From positions 1,472 through 65,471 of the IMG/VR virus record IMGVR_UViG_3300047445_000242: 64,000 nt of DNA, one strand, 5' to 3'. The translations under genes were made by a program, and so were the position numbers. Positions 8,432 through 19,500 of the stretch are shown one piece after another; positions within the stretch are counted from its first letter, which is position 1, and the number at the start of each line of letters is the position of its first letter. Under the pieces are notes generated by a model. That model searched no databases. It was given only the letters and a program-made list of their open reading frames with translations, and had not been told where the DNA came from. This stretch comes from a virus. Taxonomy: Duplodnaviria; Caudoviricetes.

Positions 8432-9072
8432 CATTGCGCGATCGCCACCTGGATCGGAGGATCGAGCGCTGACTCGAACCAGGTGCCATCGTCGAGCGCC
8501 ACCAGGGCCATCACCTTGCGGACGTTGAAGGCGTCGGCCCGGCAGGAGCGATAGGCGACGTTGATGCTGTCGGCGAGCCCTGCATCCGCATCGCTCTCTG
8601 TAATTGCCTGTTCGTGAAGTAGCCGGGCTCGACTGGCTCCGTCTTCTGCACCACGGTCGGCACTGGCGACAGCTGCACTTTGTTGGGCTGCACCACCGCT
8701 CCCACGTCCGGGTCCTTGGGCTGCATCGCGCAGCCTGGAATCAGCACGAAAGCGACGAAGTTGATCGCCTGCATCACCAACCACTTTTTGGTCCAAGACA
8801 TCTTGTTTCTCCCGTTGAAGGTAGAGCTCGTCGATCTTTCGGTTCTGCGCCAGAACGCTCGCATTGGCAGTTCGTAGCTCGTCGGCCGCTTGCTTTTTGT
8901 TGCGTTTGATGTCCTCCGCCAGGCCGTTGGCTCGGGCTTCCGCAACCTGCTGGTTCACCACCGCCAGGCGCGCCTTGTAGAGGAAAAGGGCCGAGAGGCC
9001 CGCCAAGATCACGCAAGCGCCGATGAGCACCCAGATGATTGCATTCTTAATTGCATCGGTGATGCCAGTCAT
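8431..9072 (-). CDS. Inner-membrane spanin (Rz-like)
   Basis: N-terminal TM helix and coiled coil, downstream of the lysozyme, with a nested lipoprotein ORF. Confidence 0.8.
   Translation of the reverse strand: MTGITDAIKNAIIWVLIGACVILAGLSALFLYKARLAVVNQQVAEARANGLAEDIKRNKKQAADELRTANASVLAQNRKIDELYLQREKQDVLDQKVVGDAGDQLRRFRADSRLRDAAQGPGRGSGGAAQQSAAVASADRGAEDGASRARLLHEQAITESDADAGLADSINVAYRSCRADAFNVRKVMALVALDDGTWFESALDPPIQVAIAQ
8511..8801 (-). CDS. Outer-membrane spanin lipoprotein (Rz1-like), embedded
   Basis: MSWTKKWLVMQAINFVAFVLIPG|C lipobox-like signal and Pro-rich tail, in another frame inside the Rz-like gene. Confidence 0.7.
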   Translation of the reverse strand: MSWTKKWLVMQAINFVAFVLIPGCAMQPKDPDVGAVVQPNKVQLSPVPTVVQKTEPVEPGYFTNRQLQRAMRMQGSPTASTSPIAPAGPTPSTSAR

Positions 9073-9293
9073 GACGCCTCCTTCGAGGTTGAATTGTTGG
9101 TTTTGGTAACGGCCTTTTGGCTGACGTTGGCCAGGCCGAACAGGCCCATCGCCGAGCCCCAGGCGGTCAACATGCCGGCCTGGTCAAGGAGGTTGAGGGC
9201 GCGCAGCGCGGTCGCCGCGAGCACGATGAAGGCCGCGATCAGGAACTTGCGGCCTAGGAGCGCCAGCAGGCGCGTGCGGAGGTCGTCGGTCAC
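9069..9293 (-). CDS. Small two-TM membrane protein (holin/pinholin or antiholin)
   Basis: 74 aa, two hydrophobic helices, GRKF motif, inside the lysis cassette. Confidence 0.65.
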   Translation of the reverse strand: MTDDLRTRLLALLGRKFLIAAFIVLAATALRALNLLDQAGMLTAWGSAMGLFGLANVSQKAVTKTNNSTSKEAS

Positions 9294-9910
9294 GGCGCCA
9301 CGCCCTCGCTGAAGTGGCCGTCACGCCCCCACTCGGCACAGAGCTCCTGGGTCGTGCCGCGGCGCCCGACCAGGCCCTCCAGGCGCGTCTTCACGCCGCG
9401 CACCGTGCCCATCACCCACCGGGACATCTGCATGCACGCGGCGGCCAGGTGGCCAGCATTGGCCTCCTTCATGATGGTGGTGTCGGGATCCAGCGCGCTG
9501 GGGACGTTGAAGGCCACGTCGATGAAGCTGGCCCGCACCCAGACGTTGTAGGAGTCCCAGTACCGCAGGCGCGCCTTGGCCAGCTTCTCGGCCGCCAGGT
9601 AGTGGGGCAGTTCGATGCGCTTGCAGTCCTCCGGCGTGTAGTACCGGCCCGCGACGACATCGGGCCCGGTGATGCCGTTGCAGACCGTCAGCGGCTGGCC
9701 CTTGCCCAGCTTGTCCACGTAGGGGATGCCGATGTGCCGGCCGCTGCTCTCGTAGTAGGCGCCGACCTCCATGGCCAGGAGCACCTCCTCGGAGGGCGCC
9801 GTCTTGCCGGCGAAGTAGGCCCCGCCGCCCCCGGCCGCCAGCGCGGCGGCCACGGCCAGGAGCTTGGCCCGCAGCGCCGGCGGGACCCGGCTGGTTTGTT
9901 GGTCGCTCAT
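9290..9910 (-). CDS. Endolysin, T4-lysozyme-like (GH24) with SAR-like N-terminus
   Basis: E..PYVD..TVCNGITG, YTPEDC, AFNV, AACMQM.RW, GLVGRR motifs. Ala/Gly-rich N-terminal helix. Confidence 0.9.
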   Translation of the reverse strand: MSDQQTSRVPPALRAKLLAVAAALAAGGGGAYFAGKTAPSEEVLLAMEVGAYYESSGRHIGIPYVDKLGKGQPLTVCNGITGPDVVAGRYYTPEDCKRIELPHYLAAEKLAKARLRYWDSYNVWVRASFIDVAFNVPSALDPDTTIMKEANAGHLAAACMQMSRWVMGTVRGVKTRLEGLVGRRGTTQELCAEWGRDGHFSEGVAP

Positions 9911-10245
9911 AGTTCGGTGTCCTGTTCCTGCGCTCGGCGCTGAATGGCGATCTGCCGCTTCTCCGCGGGCGTGAGCTCGAATTCGCGATCGGGCTTTACG
10001 AGCCAAGGAAGCCAGCCCTTGCGCAAGCACAGGGGCCGCCAGACCTTCTTCCAGAACCACTCGGTCACCAGGCAGAGCGAGTAGATCGCCGCCGCGAACG
10101 AGGCGATGTTTGGCCAGGTGAAATCGAGGAGGGCCACCTTCAGCGACGCCGAGGTGGTGATGACGGTATCCGACACCTGGGAGGTGACGGCGGCGCCGAT
10201 CGCAGTGACGGCTTTGGCGGCTGGCATGGAAATCCGGTCATCCAT
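9907..10245 (-). CDS. Holin-like membrane protein
   Basis: TM segment WPNIASFAAAIYSLCLVTEWFWKK and basic C-terminus. First gene of the lysis cassette. Confidence 0.65.
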   Translation of the reverse strand: MDDRISMPAAKAVTAIGAAVTSQVSDTVITTSASLKVALLDFTWPNIASFAAAIYSLCLVTEWFWKKVWRPLCLRKGWLPWLVKPDREFELTPAEKRQIAIQRRAQEQDTEL

Positions 10246-10378
10246 GCTGCGCCCCTTGAGTGGTGTGGTTCACGAGTCGATCCTTTGTGGTGGGGGTCGG
10301 CCCGGCGGCGTGTGTGGCCCGGATTATGGGCGACGGGCTCGGATCGAGCCAGATGTGCGATGCGTCCTACAAATATCG

Positions 10379-10422
10379 AAGACCCCTTCAACACCCGTTG
10401 AAGCCCCCTTCAAGGGGCGTTC
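10379..10422. repeat. 4 x 11-bp iteron-like tandem array
   Basis: AAGACCCCTTC AACACCCGTTG AAGCCCCCTTC AAGGGGCGTTC. Confidence 0.75.
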
Positions 10423-10426
10423 GCCC

Positions 10427-10463
10427 AAAAACAAAGCCCCCCAGGCGTGAACCTGGAGGGCTT
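10427..10463 (-). terminator. Rho-independent terminator after the giant gene
   Basis: Minus strand AAGCCCTCCAGG-TTCACG-CCTGGGGGGCTT then TGTTTTT. Confidence 0.8.
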
Positions 10464-10515
10464 CGGGTGCCCGCTTGCGCGGGTGTCAGGGCGGAGGGAG
10501 GAGGTCGCCAGTGTA

Positions 10516-13500
10516 TCAGCGGCCGGCCGCCGAAGCGCGCACTCGCTCGCCGAGCGTCGGCTTCCGGCGGGCCTTCTCCTCCTGCTCGATCGACTCGTTC
10601 AAGTCCTTCTGCCAAACATAGCGCTCGGCGTCGAGCTCCTTCAGGCGCGCCGGATCGGTGGTCTCCTTGACCTCCTTGGTCAGCTTGTTCACGGCCCGCT
10701 GTGCCCGGTTGCCGAAGCGGATCGCGTCGGCCTCGGGCTTCGCCTGGAGCCGGTCCATCAAGTCGGGGAGGTCGGCGGCCTTGGCGGCCTTGATTTCGCC
10801 CTCCAGCTTCTCCAGCTTGTTCACGTTGTTGAAGTACTTGCTTCGCTGAACCTGCTGGTCATCGACCTTGCCATACCACCGGTTCATCACCGGGATCGAG
10901 TTCTCCGGGACCTCCTGGCCGGCGAGCTTGGCCGCCGAGAGGTTGATGAGCCGCTCGGTCTCGCGCAGCACGCCGCCGCCCAGGACCTGGGCGATGTACC
11001 GGTAGCGCTCGGGCGTCCAGGAAATGCCGCCCTGCGTGACATCGGTGCCGAAGTCGAGGTCGGCGTTCGGCGTCATGGCGTTGATGGCCTTGCTGATGCC
11101 GAGGTAGGCCTGGCCGGTCAGCGTGCGCCGCGTGGCCTCGCGCGTCCGTGCAGCGCCTGGTCGAGGATCGCGATCGCCGCGCTCCTGCTGCTCGATCGGC
11201 ACGCCGGCGAAGTTTCGGTTCGAGGCGAGCTCCACGAGCGGGTCGAGCACCGTGGGGAGGACCGTCTTCAGCGCGCCGTCCGTGGTGAAGACGTTGCCGC
11301 CGCCCAGCGGGTTGAAGGCGCCGGCGATTTCGCCCAGTGCAGACCAGGCCTTGAGGCCCAGCTTCTTGGGCTGGAGCTCGCTGAGCGCCATTTCCGTCAG
11401 CACGCGGCCGGTGTTGGGCAGGACGTGCAGGCCCAGCGGCAGGGGGATTGCGATGTAGCGCTTGCCCTCGCCTGGCAGAGGAATGATGAGCGCCCGAGCC
11501 TTCACAAACTCGGGGAGGTCGTCGTCATCGAAGCCGGCCGCGGCGAGCATGAGGCCTTGCAGCACGCCCAGCGCGAAGCCGCCGGCGATGATGCGCGGCC
11601 CAGCCGGTCCACGCAGCGCCCGCATCGTCCGCTCGGTGCCCTGGAGTGCGGCGTTGAAGAAGGCGTAGAGCGGGCCGACCGTGCGGCCAGTGCGGCCCTT
11701 GCGGTTGAAGTCCACCGTCAATTCGCGGCCCAGGCGCGCGGCCTGCGGCTTGCTCATTCCCTTGTCCAGCGCGGCCGCGTAGGCCGACAGGCGCACGGCG
11801 TTCTCCATGATGTCGTTGAAGCCAGACAGGAGGTTGATGAGCATGCGGCCGACGCGCCGCGGATCCATCGGGCCCCTCGACATGATCTTCAGCTGGCGCT
11901 CGACCTCCTTGGCCCGCTTCTCGCCGTTCTCGAACATCGCCGTAAAACCGGTCTTTCCGCCCTCGGCCATGAACTGGTCGAACAGGCGAGACCACTTGCC
12001 CGCATCCTCGCGGCCGGTCAGGTGGTGGAAGATGCCGCGCATCGCACCAGGGATACCGGCCATGACGCGGAGCTTCTCGTGGCGGAGCTCGGTGTTCGTC
12101 AGGTGGACCAGGCCGCCGCTCGTGTCGCGCCAGAAATTGACGATGCCGAAAGCCGGGTTGTATTGCGTATTCACCGCGGCCAGCCAGCGCGTCGCACGGC
12201 CGACGATCGAGCCCGCCACGTCATAGTCGTTGAGGAGAGAGTCGGCGCCCTTCATCGCGGCCGCCATGCGCTTCGCACGTTCGTCCTCGACGTTCAACAT
12301 CAAGACTCGAGACTCTCCTTTGATCTTGAGCGTGATCGCGCCCGGCATCATCGCGTACATGGGATTGGTCTTCGTCGTGACGCGGTTGGTCACGGGGTCC
12401 ACGTCCGTCACGCTCGGCAGGCCCTGGTGCCCGGCCTCCGCCACCAGCGGGTCGATGCCCATGCGCTCCAGGTCGGCCTTGATGTCCTCCGCCTGGCTGT
12501 CGGGTCGGATGGTCGCCCAGAAGCTCGGGTTCGGATTCGACAGGGCCAGGCCGTAGAGCGCCACCGCGATGCGGTTCTTCTCGCCGCGCACGATCGCCGC
12601 CTCGCGCTGCTGCAGCACCTGGGCCACGATGTTGATGGCCTGCTTTTCCGAGCCCGTGGCCCTCTTGTGGATGACCAGGCGATTGAAGTCCACGTCTTCG
12701 CGGAACATGGGCACGTAGTGCTTGTAAGCGCCCTCCCAGGCCGCGATCGTGTCGCCATCTTCCAGGCCGTCGAGCACCAGGCGGGCACGCGTGCCGGCCG
12801 TGATCTTGTCGATCATCGCGCCCATGCGATCGAGCACGGCGCGGCGATCGGCCGGGATGTCGGCCAGGTACTTGTTGGCCGCGGCTGTGGTCAGAAGCAG
12901 GCCCTTCGAGTTCGAGCCGGCGCCACCGTCCGGCATGAGCGGGTTGATCTTGGCGATCTGCTTGTTCCGCTCGGGCGCGGCGCGCGCATGCAGGTAGTCG
13001 CCGAGCTCCACCTGGTCCACGCCGGCGTCGCGCATGGCCTTCAGCAGTGGCTCGACTTCGTGCTTCACAAAGTCCTCGGACTTCTTGGCCACGCGGCCGG
13101 CGTAGAGGGTCTCCGCCAGGCGGGCGTTGAACTGGTCCTCGATCTGGTCCTGCGTGTCGCGCTCGATCGCTTCTTGGACGCGCTTCAGGTCCACCTTGCC
13201 GTCCTGCCACTCGTAGATCAGGTTATCGATGCGACTGCGGCCCGGCGCCGCCCATGGGCGATCGATGACTTCAGCGGCCACATCGGTCGGGACGTGACCG
13301 TGGCCCATGCGGTCATTGGCCACGTCGAGGATGTCGATGATCTTGTTCGCGCGCTCGATGGCCTTGCGCCCTTCGGCCGAGGTGCGCGGCGTGCCGCCCT
13401 CGCCTTCGGTGGTATGCCCTTCGGCCACCTGGAGGAGCTCGTCGCGCAAGCGTTCGGCTGCCAGGTCGAGCGGCAGGGTCTTCACCTCCTCATTGATGGC

Positions 13501-16500
13501 CTGGCCCGTGCGATCGGCCACGCGCAGCATGTCGTCGAGTGCCTGCGCCGTGATCGCCGAGTCGGCGGACGCGCGCAGCTGGCGATATTCGGCAATGCCG
13601 GCGTCGTCCATCTTGAACAGGCGGCGGAGCTCGTCGTCGCGCCAGACCAGGCCGGGCGACTCAAACTGCTTGCGGAATCGGTTGTTGATCGCGCCCTCGT
13701 AGATGTCGAGCTTCGACTCGCGCCAGCGCTTCAGCTGGTCGGCGGTGATGGTGCCGGTGCGCAGCAGCATTTCCGCGCGCTCGTCGGTCCCGATGGCCTC
13801 GTAGGCCTTCTTCTGCTCGGCCAGCTTCACGGGCTTGCCACTCTGGTCTCGGGTCCACGCGATCGAGCCGCCGAAGATGGCTTTCGCCAGGTTCGGCTTG
13901 GGCTGCTGCGATGGCGCCGGCGCCGCGGCACTGAGCCGGATGTCGGCGCTCGACGGGTCGAAGGCGCCGCCGTTGCCGGTGGCGCTCTTGATCTGCGAAG
14001 GCTCCAGCGCGATCCAGGCCGCCTGGTTGTCGAATTCGGTGGAGCCCTCGTTCCCGCTGGCCTCGATCTTGATGCCGTCCTTGCCCATGTCGGTGAGCCA
14101 CTTGCGGTAAGCATCGACCTCGGCCGTGCCGATCGTCCGTCCATCGTCCTTGCCGTTCTGCAGAAGGCGCGCACGGCGCTGCAGCAGCTGGAAGGTTGTC
14201 ACCTGCGGATTCTTGATGGCCAGATAGACCGGGTAGATCGCGCTGCCCTCATGGTTGCCCGAGTACATGGCTGCGCCGCCTTCGCCGGGGTTGGTGCTGA
14301 ACCAGCTGCCCACGGTGTCGAGCGATGGCGCCCGGAATTTCGTAGTGAACATCCGATCGAACGCCGTGATGTCGCCCATCCCTGGAGCCTTGGCGCCGTC
14401 GCGCACGATGGTCCCGTGGTAGACCACGGCCGGCGCGCCGGAGTCGTCCACCACCTTCGAGTCACCGAACCAGCGTTTGAATGCCGGCGTGTCGGTCTGC
14501 TTCTGGGTCGCGGCGCTCATGCTCTCGCCGGCGGCGGTGGCCAGGCCAGTGCGCGATCGCGCCTGCTCGCTGAATGCCCGCATGCCGGCGATGACCACGC
14601 GGCGGGCCTCCTGTACGTCCTTCAGGAGCGCGTCGGTGCCCAGCGGGCTCGTGTTGGCCAGCTTCGCGATGATGCGATCCAGGAAGCGCACCACGGCGTC
14701 GGCCACGCGGCGGAACAGGCCGCGGTTGTCGGCGGCCAGGCCGGCCCAAAACTCGGGGCTGACAAAGTTGTCGCCCACGATGTCGGCATAGAGCTCCTCG
14801 CGCAGCTTCGAGCCCTCGGGCGCCTCGCGGCCGATCGCGTCATATTTCGCCTTCAGGTCCCGGTAGAAGTCGGTCGTCTTGTCGTTGGTCAACTGGTTGA
14901 GCCGGTGCTCCATGGCCGCGTACAGGTGCGGCGCCTCGCGTCGCAGCGAGTGCAGCAGTTCATGCCCCAGGATGGCCAGGTGCGGCTTGCTGCTGTCCAC
15001 GCGGATGAACACCGTGCCAGGCACCGAAGCCGACATGGCGCCATTGAAGACGGCCGGGCCGTTGAAGCGCACGAACACCACGTCATGACCGAAAAGTCGC
15101 TTCGCGGCCAGGCGAACGGCCGCGAGCGATTTGCCGGCGTCGGTGCTGTCGTTGGGCTCCACGGCCTGGAAGCTGATGAAGCCCTCCTGGCTGGCCTTCA
15201 GGTTGTCCAGCAGGCGCGCGGCCTTGCGGTCGTGCTCGGCGCTGGCCGGCTTCGTCTGCACGGCCGCGCCGGCGCCCTCTGCGGTGCGCATCGGATCGGC
15301 GGCGCTAAAAAGCTCGGTAGTGCCTCGGTCGGTCTCGCGCGATTCGATCGTGTCGAAGAACTTGTCGAAGGCCTCGCGCACGGCCGGCAGTTCGTCGGCG
15401 AGCGGGTAGGGGTAGCTCGGCTCCTCGTTGAGTACCCACTCCATCGACGGGACCACGTTGGCCAGGTAGTCGTTGCTGAAATTCTGGTCGTTGAGCTTGG
15501 CGATCACATAGCTCTCGAACGCTCGCGCAGAGAGCTCGTGCTCGGTGGACCAGTAGGGCTTCGAGCGGCGCTTGTCGAGCGCCTTCGATCGCGCAGTCAT
15601 CGGGATGTTTGCCAGCGTGCGCTTGATCTGCGCGAACGCCGCGCGCATCTGGGGCCGCACGTCGCCCACGCCGTCAGGCGTCGCCGAGAGGTAGCGGCCG
15701 CTGCCGTCCTTCTTCCCGAAGTAGTTGTCGAGCGCGTGCCACCACTCATGTGCGAGCGAGCCAGCGCCGGCGTTCTTCGTCAGGTTGATGACCACTTGGC
15801 CAGGCTCGTAATGCGCCGCGGCCGCGTCCTTGCCGCCGGAGCCTCGCGCACCGAAGGCCAGGCCCAGCTTGCCGTCGAGCGAGAGCGATCGCGGAGGCAC
15901 GCCGAGCACGGCCGCCATGTCCATGAGCGAGTCATAGGCGCGGTTGAGGTCAGCCTGGCGGCGCGGGCCCTCGACGTAGTTCCCGAACTGCACGCCGCGG
16001 AAGCCGAAGGCCTCGCCGAACTGCTCGGGCGTCACGTCGCCGCTGTTGCGGTGGTCCTGGCCGACACGCGGCGCGTTCTCGGCCTTGCGTTCGCTCGGGA
16101 TGTGCTTGTAGTCCGACCACGAGGTCTCAAGCGCCGCCTGGTTGCCCGCGCGCCACTCGCGCGCCTCGGCCACGGTCTTGAACCCGGTCTTCAGGCGCAC
16201 CACGTCGCCGCCGATCTTCTTGCCGATGAAGATAGGCGCGGCTGCGTTGCCGCGGCGATCGGAGTAGATGTCGAACGAGGCGCCCTTCTTCTGCGCGGCC
16301 TCGGCGGCCTGGCCGAAGGCCTTGTCGTAGTTCGCTTTGAACTTGGCGATCGCCTCCTCGCGCGTGTCGCCCACGCCGAGCTCCTTGCCCCAGTTGCCGA
16401 ACGAGCCCTTCGAGCTCCGGCTGACGGACCAGATCGTCTTCGATGGCGAGTACTTGACGCCGCCATACATCGAATAATGGCCAGCCGAGAGCTCCACGTC

Positions 16501-19500
16501 CTTGAGCGAGTGCGCGTGCCCGACCGCCTCGTAAAGCATGGTCTGGTTCACCACCCAGTCATTGAGGGCCACATGGAGGTCGGGGCCCTTGAGCCGATCG
16601 CGCACGTCGAACGTGCCGGCCAGCGCCGCCTCGGCCGACTCGCGCAGGGTCTTGACCTTCTCGGCCCAGGCGTTCAGCTTCCAGCCCTTCGTCGGCTTGT
16701 TCGGAACCTGGTCGCGCGCTGCACGAGCGAACGCCACCGCGGCCGAGTCGGCGCCGCCTTCGATCAGCTTCTGGTAGTCCGGCGCTGGCCAGGACTTCGA
16801 GAGCGGCTCGGTTTTGATGTCGGCCTTTGACGCCTCGGCCATCTTGGCCTTGTAGTCGTCGGTGTAGAGCATCTTCTTCGCGCCCTTGAGCTCCTCGCCA
16901 AAGTCGGCGATCGCCGGCGCCGCGGCGGCCTTGCCCTTGGGCGGCTTCGCCGGCGCTTCAGCGGGCGCGGCGGCCTTCGGTGGGGCGGCTGGCTCGTTGC
17001 CCTTGATGAGCGCTTTCTCCGGCCGGTAGATGGCCAGCGTCACGGCGTCGGGCTTCACCTCCCAGCCCTCGGGCCGGTTCGGCTCCTTGAAGGCGATGCC
17101 GTCATAGCCCAGAGCCAGCACGCGGTCGCGCAGCTGTTCGCCCAGCGCGCGGTCGTCGGTCGAGCGATCGAACAGGTCCTTCACGTCCGCCGGCACGTTG
17201 TCGCCGCGCATGTCGAGGATGCGCGCGTCGGGCGCGACATCGACGTTCAACACGGTGCCGCCCGACTCGATGACCGCATCCTGTTGCGCTTCGGTCATCG
17301 TCTTGTCGCGGCGGCCGATCTTGATGGCCGCGGCGCCGGCGAAGAAGCGCGCGAGCCCCTGGCGGTCGTCCGTCAGATAGACCGCTGGCCCCTGGTGGTG
17401 GTAGCCGGCGCCGCCGCCGCGGCCGACCTCGAAGGCCTCCATGGGGACGGCCGTGCCGTGGAAGAAGCCGGGGAAGGTGTCGCCGTTGGGCTTCGGCTTC
17501 TCGGCCTCCATTGCCGCCTTGCGGTCGGCGCTGCGCTGCATTTCGCTGTTCAGCGTCGGCGTGGCCACCTTGGCGCGCGGCCCGGTGCGGAGGTTCGCCG
17601 CGGTCGGCTGCGTGGTATGCGTGCGTTCGAGCGATCGCTCCGAATCGACCCACTTGCCATCCTTCTCCTCGACCTCCTGCACGGTCACGCTCCAGCGGCC
17701 ATCGGCGTCGGCCGGCGGGTGGTAGCTGATGACGCGATCGAAGCCGGCATAGCCGCGCACCACGTTGCCAGGCGTGAAGTACTTGGCGCGGGCCTCCTCG
17801 GCTTCGCGAGCGGCCTTGACGGCCTTGGTTTCTCGCTTTGGCTTCGGCGTAGATGGTGCGGCTGCTGGTGCAGTCGCTGGCTCGGCCGCCGCGACTGGCG
17901 CCGGCGCCGGCGCGGGTGCTGCTGGCGTGGCCAGGCTCGGGTCCAGCGGCTTCTTGAAAAGACCGTTCTCGAGCCCGTTTTTGAATTCGGCCACCGTCAT
18001 TTCGGTGATGGGCCCGACCTTCCAGCCCTTCATGTAGCTGGCTTTGTATGCCCGCACGCCGGCGGCCTTGTTCATGAACCCGAACAGGGCCTTCGCTTCG
18101 TCGTAGGTGCCGTCCTTGTTCACCTGGTCGATGACCCACACGTTCGGCGCGCGATCGGCGGCCGGGCCCACGAACATATCGACGTGATCGCCATCGGCGG
18201 CCAGGCTGCGCTTGGCGTACCCGTAGTGCGCACCCATGGTGTTCGACCACTCGGTGCCGTCCGGCGAGACGCCCTTGCGCTCGCTGCCCTTCGGGTTCTC
18301 CACCGTGATGTCAACGCCCTGCGTCTGCTCGCCGGAGAGGTGGCCCATCTTGTAATTGCCGGCCTCCTTCTGCGCCTGCGTGGGCTCGGGGAGGTCGTTG
18401 GTCGGGCTGGTGGCGGCCTCATGCGCGGCGGCGTCGATCGAGGCCGCTGGAGTTGTCGACTTTGGCTCGACAGTGCTTGCATTGGGCTCGCCGATCGCCT
18501 TGGCCAGCGCCTCGCGGGTGCGCGGCTGCAGGTCATCCCAGGCCTTCGCCGAGAGCATCTTGGCCCGCAGGCCGGTGCGGCCAGTCTTCTCCAGGGCGGA
18601 GAGCCGGTCGGACGTGACCATGCGCGTCCAGCCGGCCTTCAGTGCTGCGTCGGGTCCGTCTCCAGCTGGTACAGGTGCAGCTTTGCTGCCGCGGTCTGTG
18701 CCCACTGCGGCACGCCCCGTTCCCAGTTCTCCACCAGGTCCTCCCAATCCAGGTCCCACGCTTCCGTCGCCGTCAGCACTCCCGCCTCGAACGCCGCTTG
18801 CGTCTGTTCCTCGAACGTTGTTGCCGTCGCTGCCACTGGCCACTGTTGCATCGCTCACTCCTTGCTCTGCCGCCTTGCGGACCACGTAACCACCACTGTC
18901 GAGCCGGACGATTTCATGCCCGGCGCCACGCGCCTCGACGGCCTTCTTCGCGCCCGAGCGGGTCGTGAAGGGCTTGCCAACGGCGTTCAGCACATCGTCG
19001 GGCTCGATGCCCAGTTTCGCATTGGCCTCGCGCGTGACGCGCGCCTGCCGCTGGTCCAGCGCCTGGTCGTACTCCTTCGAGCCCTTGATGGCCACTGAGA
19101 CCGTGCCGTCATCGTGCGTGAAGGGCGCCGCGATGACGGATGTTCCTCGGCCCTTCTGCTCGCGGATGTAGTCGTTCGCCGCCTTCAGGTCAGGGTATCG
19201 GGTCGCGGCGGGCCGATCGGCTCCAGCGCCGTCTTCAGCCGGCGCGCCTTCGCGTCCTGCACCTCGTACAGCTGCCGCATCACTCGCACCACTTCCGCCG
19301 GCGTTGTCGCCAGCTTCGGCCGCGTTGCTTCCCGGCGCTGCCGCTGGTCCAGCGCGATCAGGAGCGCGAGGGGCGGCTTCCGGCGCGGCTCCGGCCGTGG
19401 CGGCGGTAGGTGGTCGCTGTGAATCTCCTTCAACTGTTGCACTTTGGGCCTCCGGTGTTGCGGTTGTTGCGCTTTGCGTTTCGCTTTTCGGCTTGGCCAG

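Noticed and set aside
10447-16830. 2127-aa plus-strand ORF and other long antisense ORFs (1082-4363, 41934-44510, 17284-19098)
   Set aside because: Shadow frames of real genes caused by high-GC codon bias. They have Arg/Ala/Leu/Val-rich composition with no motifs or RBS.
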